Shown here piece by piece: positions 13,060-25,419 of a DNA stretch of 64,000 nucleotides. This DNA is from Sphyrna mokarran. Its lineage: Eukaryota. Made by a program: the position numbers and the translations under genes. The notes under the pieces are model-generated. The model was not told the origin of the DNA. It saw nothing but the letters and a program-made list of their open reading frames with translations, and did not search any database. The DNA lies in NCBI GenBank assembly GCA_024679065.1, contig JAGIQG010000040.1, positions 3,968,001-4,032,000 on the forward strand, in the 5' to 3' direction. How positions within the stretch are numbered: position 1 is the first letter of the stretch; each line of letters starts with the position of its first letter.

Positions 13060-13990
13060 TTGGAATGGAATGGAATACATACCAGGTTGAGGAAAGCGAT
13101 GGTAGGGTAAATAGGAAATGCACAAGATGCAATTTACCAAAATTCGCTGGATGCTGGGATGATTCCTGCAAATTGGAATATAGCAAATGTGACGCCACTG
13201 TTTAAAAAAAGGAAGTAGACAAAATGCTGGTAACTACAGGTCGGCAAGCTCAACTTGTGTAGCCGGAAAAATGCTTCAATCTAGCATCAAGGAAGAAATA
13301 GCGAGACATCTGGATGAAAACTGCCCCATTCAGAAGGCACACCATGGGCACATGAAGGGCCGGTCATGTTTGACTGTTTTGATGGATTTCTTTGAGGATA
13401 TTGCGTGCACCTTGGACAATGGGGGACTTGTGTACCTGGTGCATTGAATTTCCAGAAGGCATTTAACAAGGTGCCTCACCAAAGGCTGCTGCATAAGATG
13501 GCGGTGTATAGTGTTGCGGATAATATATTAGCATGCATAGATGATTGGTTAACTAACAGAAAACAAATAATGGGGCTAAATAGTTGTTTTTCTGGTTGGC
13601 GATCAACGATTAGTGGCGTGCCTCAGGGATCAGTGTTGGGAGAATAATTGTTTACAATTGTAATAGATAATTTGGATTTGGGGACCATGCCTAGTATATC
13701 AAAATTCACAGATGACACACAACTGAGTGGTAGAGCAAAGTGTGCAGAGGGCACTGGAAGTCTGCAAAGGGATACAGATAGTCTAAGGAAGTGGACAATG
13801 TTCGTAAATATGAGGACATCAATTTGAGTAGGAATAGACCAAAATGGACTATTATTTAAATGGTTAAAACATTGAAGCATGCGGTTGTGCGCAGGGATCT
13901 GGGTGCCCTGTGCTTGAAACACGAAAAGTTATTTTGCAGATACAACTGGTAATTAAAAAGACAAATAGAATTGCGTTCTTCATTGCTAGA
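13060..13990 (+). mobile_element. Old CR1-like RT fragment
   Basis: NFQKAFNKVPHQRLL...WLTNRKQ...SGVPQGSVLG. Confidence 0.85.
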
Positions 13991-14039
13991 GTTATAATTT
14001 TATTATAACTCTGTAATATTATTTAAAAAACAGGGATTT

Positions 14040-14650
14040 GAGTTGATTTGTTTTGATTCATTTTTGTCATGTGTATTAGTACACATTGAAAGTTATTTCT
14101 TGTGCGCTATACAGAAAAAGAGAAGGAAACGGGGACTGCGGAATGTAATACTACAGTCGTAGCCAGGGTGGACAGAAAGATCGACTTAATGCAAGGTAGG
14201 TCCATTCAAAATTCAGATGGTGGCAGGGAAGAAGCTGGTCTTGACTCTGTTGGTAGGTGACCTCATATTTTTGTTTCCTTTACCTGACGGAAGACGATGG
14301 AAGAGAGAATGTCCGGGATGCATGGGGTCCTGAGTTATGCTGGCCGCTTTGCCGGTGCAGCGGCAAGTGCAGACAGAATCAACGAATGGCAGACTTGTTT
14401 GCGATATGGATTGGGCTGTATTCACGGCATTTTGTAGTTCTTTTGGCGTTTTGGGGCAGAGCAGGAACTATACCAAGCTGTGAGAATGTTTTCTGTGGTG
14501 CATCTGCAGAAGTTGGTGAAGGTCATCGATGACATGGCAATTTTTCTGAGCGCCCCGAGAAAGTAGAGGCGTTGGTTAGCTTCCTTTATTATACTGTTGG
14601 CATGGGGGGACCGGAAAGTTTGTTGATGATCTGGACAACTAAAAACTTGA
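14040..14650 (-). mobile_element. Rex1/Babar-like LINE 3' fragment
   Basis: DPMHPGHSLFHRLPSGK...TNRVKTSFFPATI matches the Rex1-type C-terminal motif. Confidence 0.75.
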
Positions 14651-15345
14651 AGTTCAAACTTGTGAAATGTAATATTAGATATATTTCAAATACAATTAAA
14701 CTTTACAACTGGTCTCAAAACTTTGACTCACGGCTGATGTTGGATTTCAATTCCATTGTCCCACCAAGTCCACTTTCTTCCCGGATAGATCATAATCCTG
14801 TCCTGTCCAATAACGGTGTATTCACCTCTATCCAAAATAGAAAATTGCAAATATTCTTAAGGCTTTGAGTAAAGTAATTTCTCCTTGCCTCAATTTAAAT
14901 TATCACACTCTTATCCTGAGATTGTGTTTTAGGTTTCTATCCCAGCAAAAACTATTTCTAAGCATCCACCTAATCAAAACAGTTCAGAAATGTTATATGT
15001 TTAATAAGACCGCCTGTCATTCCTCTGAAATCGAAAGAATTTAAACCCAATTTGCTCAGCCGCTCATCAGGGGAAGGATCTCATCCCTGGAAGCAAGTTA
15101 TTGAATCCTACACATTTCCCAAATGTTCAGATCAAAATTAAACACAGTATCCCACCTAAATTTGACCAGATTATTGAAGCATATCTTCTTTATTGTTATA
15201 TCTAATGACCTAGCATTGAAGGGCTTTTGTTTAGCTCAGTAAGCTGGACAGCTTGTTTGACTGACACCAACAGCGCGGGTTCTATTTCTGGATGGATCAC
15301 AGACTGAGTTGTAGTCATTTCCCACAAGCGATGGTGACATACCGT

Positions 15346-15349
15346 ATAT

Positions 15350-15380
<31 letters not shown>
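15346..15380. repeat. (TA)n microsatellite
   Basis: Direct inspection. Confidence 0.9.
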
Positions 15381-15612
15381 TCGCAACAAAACAGGTGGAA
15401 TTCCAAGACTCATATTTAGAAGAGGCTGGGAGGGGTTAACAGTGTCCTGTATGGGACCGACAGACTCAGCAAATGAAGGAAAAATTCTGCTGATGATGGA
15501 AATGTGAAATAAAAGCAGAAAATACTGGAAAAAATCTCGAACTATCAAAGCATCTGTGGAGAGGGATGCACGGTTAAATTGTCGAGTGCATATGACCTTT
15601 TCACAGCAAAAG

Positions 15613-15945
15613 GGATGGTGTGGTAGCACAATGGTTTGTATTGCTGCCTCACAACATCAGGGACCTGGGTTCGATTCATGGCTTGAGTGACTCTCGACGT
15701 GCAGTTTGTACACCCTTCCCTCGTCTTCGTAAGTTTCCTCTGGGTGCTCTGGTTTTCTCACACAGACCAAAGATGAATGGGTTAGGTTGATTGGCCATGC
15801 TAAATTGACCCTTAATGTCCTGCGATGTGACTATCAGAGGGATCGGCAGAGTGAATATTTTGGGTTTCGGGGATAGGGCCGTGGGTGCGGTTGTTATGTG
15901 TGCTGAATGGCCTCCTTCTGCACTGTAGAATTTCTACAATTTCAA
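15613..15945 (+). mobile_element. HE1-like SINE
   Basis: tRNA-like head with GGTTCGATTC, conserved core and tail. Confidence 0.8.
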
Positions 15946-16689
15946 TACTTCTATAAATGTGATTAATTATATGGACCTGGAGAGAAGAGGGGGCAGCATA
16001 GAAAGTCAATGGTGCATCAGGGTTGAGGAAAGATCGACGAAAATGAAATAGATATGAGAAAATGCTGCTAATGCTGCCGTTAGGGGGTTGAAAAGTTTTA
16101 ATTGTGGCGAAGTTAGGAAAGCGGACTGCCTGCATAGGAGAACAATGATCAATGCTCAGTGAAAGCAAAATTGAAGAATAAGTGACAGAGGCTACATTAG
16201 AAATGATCGGGGTTTCTTCCACGACTGAATCTGCAGCGGCAGGGGGAGGTGTATGAACAAGTGGAAAATTTCCTGAGGCTATGCATTCTCATCAGTGAAG
16301 CATGAAAGAAATCCATTGATGCGTAAGCAGCACAAATTCGTTTGCATAGTGCACCGGCCAATGCAGCTGCGCCAACAACATATGAAGCATGAATACATCC
16401 AGACAATTCATTATCTTACTTCTCTAGCCAAATGACCCCAGAGCCATGTCATCAGTCTTAAAACCGAAAATTGCTGCTCTTTTTCCTGGGTCGCGACTGT
16501 TGCCTGTCAACGATTTTGTTCCGTGACCCGATTGTCCCACTGACAAGCCACAAATAATTTGATAACGGCGAGTTTCACCGCCTATTGATTGCAACTCTAA
16601 ACAACATCCAGACTGATGGGACAATTTGAGGGTTGACTCTGCAAAACACTGTTTGCCTTCAAACAACTGTGCAAACTCAAACAGCCCAT

Positions 16690-17147
16690 TGTTCGCAGCT
16701 AACTACCCAGCCTTCAGAAGAACAGCGGCAGCGATACCACAAAACGCTACCATGGCAACCTCTGCAAGATGTGTCAGATCATCAACATGTGAGAGCATCG
16801 CCCACGAATTACACGATATATCCACATTGGGCTTGGCCAATTTTTCTGCTTCATACGTTCCAGGAAAGGAGTTCCTGAGGCATGATACATTGTCCAGACC
16901 ATTCAGGCATTACGACAATGGATGAATGGACATTGCACAACAATCCCCAGCCAGGAGTGTTCCATTCAGTCAGAGAATACTTCAGCAGTCAACGGCGTTC
17001 ATCCTCCGATCTTCAAGTAAGTATTCTCCAAGGCAGATTTCAAGGCACAAGACAACGCAGGATCACTGAGCAGAAACTGATAGCCAATTTCTGCATGCAT
17101 GAGGATGACGTCAACAGGGATCTTGCGTTCATGTCACACTACGTGTA
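16690..17147 (+). mobile_element. Penelope-like element fragment (GIY-YIG endonuclease C-terminus)
   Basis: Translation ending RRITEQKLIANFCMHEDDVNRDLAFMSHY, typical of fish and shark Penelope endonuclease ends. Confidence 0.6.
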
Positions 17148-18133
17148 AATCAGTGCATTGTCGAGAGTGCAGATATCATTCTTAGTGCATTTAACACATT
17201 TTAATGATGTGTTTGCTTAATAATATGTTAAAAAGGCATGTATTGTTCTCTTTATTTTACAAGCTTTCAAAACAAGGTTTGCGCAACGTTCCGCATCAAC
17301 AAACACATCTTCTTAAAAATAACGGAGTCTAATGACGGTGTCTATTTGTTAACCAACAAAACCATAATTTTCCATTATAAGTTAATGCATGTATTTGAAA
17401 CTTTGATTAAATTAACTCGTCAGGTCTGTTTTGACAGCACCTTCCGAATCCGGAATCTCTTTCATCTCTAAGGATAAGGGGAACAGATGCATGAGAATAC
17501 CACATTCTGCGGCACCACTTCAAATCATATACAATCCTCATTTTGAACCATATCGCCGTTCCCTTGCGTCACAATTTTGGAAATCGTTTTCTGCTTAGGA
17601 TTACAGGCAGAGGAGAACAAATCTGAAAAGCACGAAAGGAGAATTGAAAGCAAGTGAGATATTACGAATGCGAAGTACAAAGCCAATTGATGAAAGGAGG
17701 ACAGAAAGGAAGACATTCAGAAATGACTTAGAATGCACAGTTCTTTCAATTTATTTATATTTCCCTAGCGTCTATTTATATAGTTGAATTCTTTGAAAAC
17801 ACGTCTCTCAATAAAAGACCGCTGGAGTCTGCTCATCCACAACCTTGCTCTTGCGGACAGTGTCACGTAGTCTAAGTCACCGTCAGAGGGCGCAGTCGTC
17901 ACATGTTTCTCCAAACTTGAAATGACACGGTATGCAATGTCTCCAGTGCCATTGCATACAGTTGTTATTGGGAACAACGCCCGCAGACTATTTCATCTGC
18001 TCTCTCTTTCCTCCTCTCTCTCTTGCCCACCTCACGTGTCCTGCATTACTGAATGAGCGATACGGTGAGACAGTGGTTATCATTGCTGCCTTACAGTGCA
18101 AGGAATCCAGATTCAGTTCCAGCCTTCGGTCAT

Positions 18134-19127
18134 TAGAACATAGAACATAGAACATTACAGCGCAGAACAAGCCCTTCGGCCTTCGATGTTGCGCCGACCA
18201 ATTAGGAAAAAGCAATGACCCTCTAACCTAAACCATTCCCTTTTCGTCCATAAACTTATCTACTAACCTCTTAAACGCCACCAAACTTGGCGCATCTACA
18301 ACTGCAGCAGGCAGGGCATTCCATACCCTTACCACCCTCTGGGTAAAGAACCTACCTCTGACATCCGTCCTATAACTACCACCCCTTAATTTAAAGCTAT
18401 GTCCCCTCGTGCTAGCTTTCTCCATCCTAGGAAAAAGGCTATCACTGTCCACCCTATCTAAACCTCTAATCATCTTATATGTTTCAATAAGGTCTCCTCT
18501 TAGCCGCCTCCTTTCTAACGAAAACAACCTCAAATCCCTCAGCCTCTCTTCATAAGACCTGCCCTCCATACCAGGCAACATCCTGGTAAACCTCCTCTGT
18601 ACCCTCTCCAATGCCTCCACATCTTTCTTATAATGTGGGGACCAGAACTGCACACAATACTCCAAGTGCGGCCGCACTAGAGTTTTGTACAGTTGCAACA
18701 TGACGTTGCGGCTCCGAAATTCAATCCCCCTACCAATAAAAGCTAAGACTCCATATGCCTTCTTAACAACCTTATCGACTTGATTGCCAACTTTCAGGGA
18801 TCTATGCACATATACACCAAGATCCCTCTGTTCATCAACACTATTAAGAGTCCTACCATTAGCCCTATACTCTACACATTTGTTATTCCTGCCAAAGTGA
18901 ATTACCTCACACTTTTCCACATTAAACTCCATTTGCCACCTCTCGGCCCAGCTCTGCAACTTCTCCAAGTCTCTCTGCAAACTACTACACCCCTCTTCAC
19001 TATCTACCACTCCTCCGACTTTGGTGTCATCCACAAATTTCCTAATCCATCCTTCAATACCCTCATCCAGATCATTTATAAAAATTACAAACAGCAGGGG
19101 CCCCAAAACAGATCCCTGAGGTACACC
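18134..19127 (-). mobile_element. Young CR1, 5'-truncated, inserted into an HE1-like SINE (host about 18056-18133 plus 19133-19262)
   Basis: Uninterrupted 292-aa RT C-terminal ORF 18228-19106; (AGAACAT)n tail; SINE halves on both flanks. Confidence 0.95.
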
Positions 19128-19493
19128 TGAGGATTGTCTGTGCCGAGTTTGCAGCTCTCACCGTGTCTACCTGGCCATTCTCCAGATGCTACGGTTCCCT
19201 CCCGCGTCAGATGATTTGCAGATTAGGTGCATTGATTTAGGTGAAATTGCCCCTTAGTGTTTCGAGCACATTTCTCGAACTGCCGAGTTACAGACTTGGG
19301 GAGGAGGAAGCAAAACCTCTCCCCATCAATGTATCACTTTTCACTTGGTTTCCTTCCCAATTGAAAGTACAGAATATGCTGTTCTCCTGACCGCTGTAAC
19401 TCAGATATTGCCATTATTCAAATGATATAGAAAACTGATTTAAAATAGGGATCATGAGCCTTGGGAGTCCCTGGGAAGTGTGTAAATAGATGA

Positions 19494-19985
19494 TGATATT
19501 GATGTACTTGTTTTCATCCTACAGGTGCTTTGCTCCACATTGTTGTCTAACGAGGGGCATACACGCGATGGGTCGTGAGAGGACTGCTCTTGGATCTTTT
19601 TCGAGGGTATCCTAGTGCTTTACGTCGTTAGTGTACTCTTGACCTGGACAATTTGATGGACAACACGACAGCTCAGTGACTATCGCTGTGCTGTGCAGAT
19701 ACATGGATTTGGGCCTGTGTCTGTGGGAGTTTGCGCATTCTCCCCATGCTTGTGTGAGCTTTCTCCGGACGCTCCGGTTTCCTCCCACATCCTAAAGATG
19801 TGCTCTTAGGCTAATTGGTAAAACAAATTCTCCCTAAATTGTCTCAAATTTGGTTCTTTAATCCATATATCTATAAACATGGACAGGTATCGCGGGTAGA
19901 GGTAGGAACATCGGGGTGGCAGCGCGGGCTCGTTTGGCCGAAGTTCCTGTTTCCCGTGCTGTTTTGTTCTTTGTTCTTTGTTCTT
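19494..19985 (+). mobile_element. Composite SINE, longest copy (unique 5' extension, B-box-less HE1-like body, CR1 tail)
   Basis: Shared TTGTCTAACGAGGGGCATACACGCGATGGGTCGTG head; (TTCTTTG)n tail. Confidence 0.75.
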
Positions 19986-20639
19986 TTTTAAAGTTATTGA
20001 TTGGGCGTCGGTGACTAATTGTCCTCGAACCGGGCTGGGACACTTCAGAGTTCGTTATATTGTCATTATTCTGTAATCACATACGTTCGAACCACGCTAT
20101 GATGGATATTTCATTCCATAAAGTGCATTAGTGAACTAGGTGAATTTGCAGCGAAAACGTTCCAGACTATTAATGCGACTAGATTTCAAATATCAATTAG
20201 TCGCATTTAAATTTAACTATTACTTTTCTACATTTAAATTTTGACTACTTTTCTCCAAAATCGAATTGAAATCTAACGAGTTGATATGGTGGGATTTGAA
20301 CTAATTTTCCCAAAGCATTATTCTGGGCCTATGAACTGCTTGTCCAGTGACCCCCATGTTGATTATGATCAAGAAGAAAAAGGCAAGGTTTTAAAGTTGA
20401 CTCTCCCCAGTATATTGTATCAGAATTGGACCACAACCACACAATGCATGTGGTTGTCCCTGAATGGACCTTTGAAGGAAAGTCAATGTCGCAATTAGCT
20501 GCACGATGACAATTTTATATCCTAATCCTGCTGATTTCAGACTTAGCCAGCTTTCAGGACCCTCAGTGCAGGCTTTATATTACGTCAGGAATAATATACA
20601 GGCAACTAGAATTCATTGATTGATTTCTCTGTACCTTCA

Positions 20640-20832
20640 GAATCATAGAATCATAGAAACCCCTACTATGTAGAAAGAGACCATTTGGCCAATCGAGTCT
20701 GCAATGACATAATCTCACCCCGACCCCACACCCATATCCCCACATATTTTACCCGCTAATCCCTCTAACTTATATACGTCAGGACATTAATGGTAATTTT
20801 AGCATGGTCAATCAACCTAACCCACACATTTT
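20640..20832 (-). mobile_element. HE1-like SINE 3' part
   Basis: (AGAATCAT) tail and GCATGGTCAATCAACCTAACC core. Confidence 0.75.
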
Positions 20833-21340
20833 TAGTAAAGCAGCGAAAATTGCAAGGTCCATCCACCAATATCTCAACATTCGAACATAAAAATTAGGCT
20901 GCCTGCAAACCTGCTCTACCATTCAGTCAAATTACAATTCAGCTGATTTTCCGTTTAATTTGATCTTCTATTTTGATCTTCTTGAACAGAGACATATATT
21001 TTAGTTAAAATGTTGGCTTCACTCAACTATAAAATTATCCGTGCTCCCCAGCCTCCACCGTTCTCTGGACTCTCACTGGAGTCTCAGGTACGAATGGTCG
21101 GATACTAAAGTTAAGAGGATGTGCACAGATCATTGATTGGAAATCCACCAAATCCATCAACTCTTCTTGCTCCTCCATTCCAATGACAACATGAAGGTTT
21201 TTTTTTCTTGACATCTCGTTTCCAAAGCGGAACAATTCGCCCGACAGGGACACTGAATTGAGTACAGGTTGGGAAGCTTCTATTCATTGACAGTCATTTG
21301 AGCAATTACCAATCTCACAGTGCCGCTGGCGAGACACGGA

Positions 21341-21373
21341 ACTGACGCATGAACATTCTGAGACACGTCATCA
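21341..21373 (+). promoter_or_regulatory. CRE-like motifs in the TCR V promoter
   Basis: TGACGCA and CACGTCATCA about 75-105 bp upstream of the leader ATG; CRE-like motifs are typical of TCR V promoters. Confidence 0.45.
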
Positions 21374-21445
21374 GATCATTAAGGATAGGGATGAGAATGG
21401 GTGTCTTCAAATATCCGATTCCACTTCATAGAGCGGACAGAGGCA

Positions 21446-21900
21446 ATGCGTATCCTCGGCATCTGGATTGTATGGGGAGCATTTCTAACAGGTATTTCTG
21501 GACATCATGTTCGTTGTCTTATTTCTAAAGCTTGGGTTGAATCTTCTGTTGAGTACACGTCCCTCTATTTGTCTATTTTAACGTATTTTTCAGATCTGAC
21601 CCATGGAGATTCTATCACTCAGCCGCTGTCCTCAGATGTTAAGACAGAAGGAGAGGCAGTGACATTAAACTGCAACTATGATACTGCAGAAACCAGCTAT
21701 AATTTGTTCTGGTATCGACAGCATCCAGACCCCCAGCTCGAGTACATTCTGAGGAAGTTTTCAGGGGGTTATGAAGATAAAGCAGATTTTGCTAAAAACC
21801 GTTTCTCGACTAACCTCCAAACCTCGAAGAAATCCATCAATTTGACGATTTTGGATCTGCAGTTGTCTGACGCGGCCATGTATTACTGCGCTTTCAGTCT
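21446..21900 (+). CDS. TCR alpha/delta V segment, intact (leader 21446-21491, V exon 21594-21900)
   Basis: Leader MRILGIWIVWGAFLT G|GT; acceptor TTTTTCAG; DSITQP...VTLNC...LFWYRQ...LSDAAMYYCAFS followed by an RSS. Confidence 0.93.
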
Positions 21901-21939
21901 CACAGTGATGCAAAGCAGTGTGACTCCTGTACAAAAACT
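21901..21939 (+). other. 23-RSS of the TCR V
   Basis: CACAGTG, 23-bp spacer, ACAAAAACT. Confidence 0.95.
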
Positions 21940-22262
21940 GTCTCAGCAACGCAAGTCAGAGTTTCTCGCTGCTGCATACAACCTCTGCCAGATGCATCTA
22001 TAATGAATAGTAGCGCTGTCATCTGCTCAAACACAAACCGACAGGAAACCATATTCACCTCGGATCAACTGTCACCCAGGAGAGGCCTGTTTCCAGGAGA
22101 GGCCGAGAAAACGAACTGCAAAATCAGTTAAGCCGACAGGTCCATCACAGAGTCAAGGCGTCAATTAAATGTCCCTTCTGCTATTAATCTTATCTGTATT
22201 CCTCTTTAATCAAATCTGGATTTTAATATCAAGGCGAGAAATCGGTTGCTAACACAAAATAT

Positions 22263-22782
22263 CAAAGAACAAAGAAAATTACAGCACAGGAGTAGGCCCT
22301 TCAGCCCTCCAAGTCTGCACAGACCTTGCTGCCGTACTGAAGTAAGACCCCCTACCATCCCACAACCATATCCCTCTATTCCCATCTATTTCATGTATTT
22401 GTCAAGATGCCCCTTATAAGTCATCACCGTAAGCACTTCCACTACCTCCCTCAGCAACGAGTTCCAGGACCCACCAATCTCTCTGTGTAAAAAAAAAATC
22501 TGCCTCGTACATCTCTGTTAAACCTTGCTCCTCTCACCTTCAACCTGTGCCTCCTAGTAATTGACTCTTCCACCCTGGGGAGAAAAAGCTTCTGACTATC
22601 CATTCTGTCCATGCCTCCCATAATCTTGTAGACTTCTATCAGGTCTCCCCTCAACCTCTGTCGTTCCAGTGAGAGTAAACCAAGCTTCTCCAACTTCTCC
22701 ACATAGCTAATGCCCTCCATAGCAGTCAACGTCCTGATAAATATTTTCCATCCCCTCTCCAAAGCCTCCACATTCTTCTGGA
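22263..22782 (-). mobile_element. CR1 3' fragment
   Basis: MEALERG...SLERQRLRGDLIEVYKIM; (AAAGAAC) tail. Confidence 0.85.
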
Positions 22783-22861
22783 ACTGAGCACTATACTATA
22801 TCCATCAAACCTGACGGTCAATCGTCACGCAGCCAGCAAACGTACAGCTCGGTATTTTTGT

Positions 22862-22935
22862 GGCTCTTTGGTCTAGGAGTATAATTCTCGCTTTGGTTAA
22901 TAGCATTCAAATATGAGAAATTTCGGGACGAGCCC
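22862..22935 (+). pseudogene. tRNA-Pro(TGG) pseudogene with an insert after the anticodon and a T-arm deletion
   Basis: GGCTCTTTGGTCTAGGAGTATAATTCTCGCTTTGG...GGACGAGCCC matches the ends of vertebrate tRNA-Pro. Confidence 0.7.
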
Positions 22936-24299
22936 AGAAAACGTTTTTATGAATAGGGGGATATGTCCCCGGAAGGGTCGGGCGTTTTATTTAAGTCGGG
23001 CAGCATGGTCGGTGCAGACTTGGAGGGCCAAAGAGTCTGTTCCTGTGCTGTAACTTTCTTTGTTCTCCTGAACCTTTTTGCTAATTTTGGGGATCTTTCT
23101 TAACTTTCTAATCTATATTTATACAGTAAATATTTCGGAATTTCCCTGGAACACTGCATGTATCAGAGTAGAGATGGGGCAGTGTAGATTTCAAGTAACT
23201 GCAGTCCTATCCACACTGTTCTTCCTGAATTGTTAATTCGAAATGAGCCTGGAACACTGAATTTTCGCCACTAATTCCTGTCACACCAATACAGATTAGC
23301 TCAAAATTCAGAGTTTAAAAATAACCACTGGTTGACGTGGTTATCATGTAATACTGGACACACCGGGCAGCGAGATCATTATTATCAGTAAGGAGCATGG
23401 ACAAAAGATGTTTCCGTGTATAGATCTCGTTAGAAAGTAACAGAATGCTCCAATTTTGCCGATTATTCCAAACTAGTATAAAGGATAGCCCCGATTATAA
23501 TCTGGTTTAATTTTTGAGAAACTGAGGGGATTGGCTACTCTGCTGGATCTGATGGATGTTCTCCACTAACAAATGACAGCTGTAAAGAATCGGGTTTTCT
23601 GATCAGTTTTGTGTCTCATTTGACTTTCCTCGTAACCCTGTCTCATTGCCTCTGTCTCTCTGTCATATCATTTCTTTTTGTAAACCTCCTTGCCGCTGTA
23701 AAATGACTGGAAATTAATTCAAATAGTTGAAAAGGTGACGACAGAGTTGACAAGCTCGACAAGCAGTTATCCGAAACCACCAGCAGATGGCCTGACCCTC
23801 ATTGGGGAGTTTTCAAATTGCTATTTAACAATCAATGTGCCCTTTCTATTTGTCTCATTTAATAAAATGTCATTACTACAGACCATGAGAATGATAGTGT
23901 AAGTAAGAAACAGATAGTTGAAGCTAACGGCATTCATTTAATGTCACGTGTGTTCTCTGCTCTTAGATTGGTTGGAAATGGTAAGGTTCACCAGATTTAG
24001 GAAGTGATCCTTCCTTGTTGATCAGGTCCACTTCTTGCCATCAGCAATTGCTGAAGCGATTGATTCTACTGCTGCCTGTACCCAGCCAAACACGGTGAAA
24101 GCAAAAGTAGCAGAGCAGATCATGGCTGCATTTCATGTTTCATTGACAGTCATCCAATGGAGTAGCACAATCTTATCCTCACTGCTTACATCCGCACAGG
24201 GAAGTGTGTAAACCACCAAGGAAATTCTGTGAATCTATAACATTTGCAGATTGTGCGATGGGCCTTTCAACCCACCGTGCGTGCTTGGCTATCATGAAG

Positions 24300-24605
24300 T
24301 GATACAGTGGCGTCATAGTGATTAGCACTGCTGCTTCACAATTCCAAGTATCCGGGTTCAGTTCCAGGCTACGTGCAATGTGCAGATGCTCTCGGTGTCT
24401 GCGTGGGATGTCCTCTTTCCTCCGACAGCCCAATGATGCGCAGGTTAGGTGCATTGACCATGCTAAATTGCTCGGAAATTTGTGGATTAGAACAAATAGC
24501 CAGGATAAATCAGAGGGGTTACGGTGATAGAGCAGGGGACAGGACAGAGAGTCACTGCAAGATTCGAAGGATCTTATTGCCTCCTGCTGCACTGTATGGA
24601 TTCTA
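24300..24605 (+). mobile_element. HE1-like SINE, diverged
   Basis: tRNA-like head, GCAGGTTAGGTGCATTGACCATGCTAAATTG core, tail. Confidence 0.75.
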
Positions 24606-25419
24606 AGACAATTGTTGATCTTTTCATCAAGTGCATTTCTCCATATTCCTTATGCGAACGTAATTGGAGGAGCACTGGTAAGCTTACTTCCAGCAATGTA
24701 GCTCAAACATACGTGAGAGTTTCTTTATTTAATTTTAAGTCATCAACTGAATCACTCAAGCATTCTGGTCCATTGCTACAATTCATTATCCTCTCACTTA
24801 ATCAAGTGGTTAACTGTTTTCCGTCAAACATTACTCATCTCGAACCTCTTAATGATAAGTATGAACTGTATTGCTGGATGTTCCCCTCCAGTTCTTTGTC
24901 TAATCTCATCTGCTTTCTTCCCGGCTACAAGATACAGTAGCAAATTTTCCCATGTTGGTGTTTTTTTCCCAACATTTCTGATCATAGAAGCATCTGAAAC
25001 CAATCGTAGGAAGCTATTCGGTTACCGCCTTTACCGACTTCTTGCATGCAATTAACACGAGACAATAAAAATCTCCGTTCCTATTATTGCATATTCTGTC
25101 TGCATATTTCTTCCAATATCTGCCTTCCCAGTATAGGGACATGGTGAGGGATACGATAAGTTCAGAGATAGGGTTGTCGAGGTAGAAAGTTATAGTGTGG
25201 CAAGATATACGGAGTCAGAAAGACACTGAGAAAGCAACACATCATATTGAGTTTGATGTACCGGTCAAAATTGCACTCAGTGCAAACGTTTTCATCCATC
25301 TTCTGATTCGCACGCTGGCTCTCAAGGGTAATAAAGAAAGACTTCCATTTATATACCGCCGTCCGTGACATTAGGATTTCACAAAGAGCTTTACAGCCAA
25401 AGAAGTCTTTGAATTTTCA

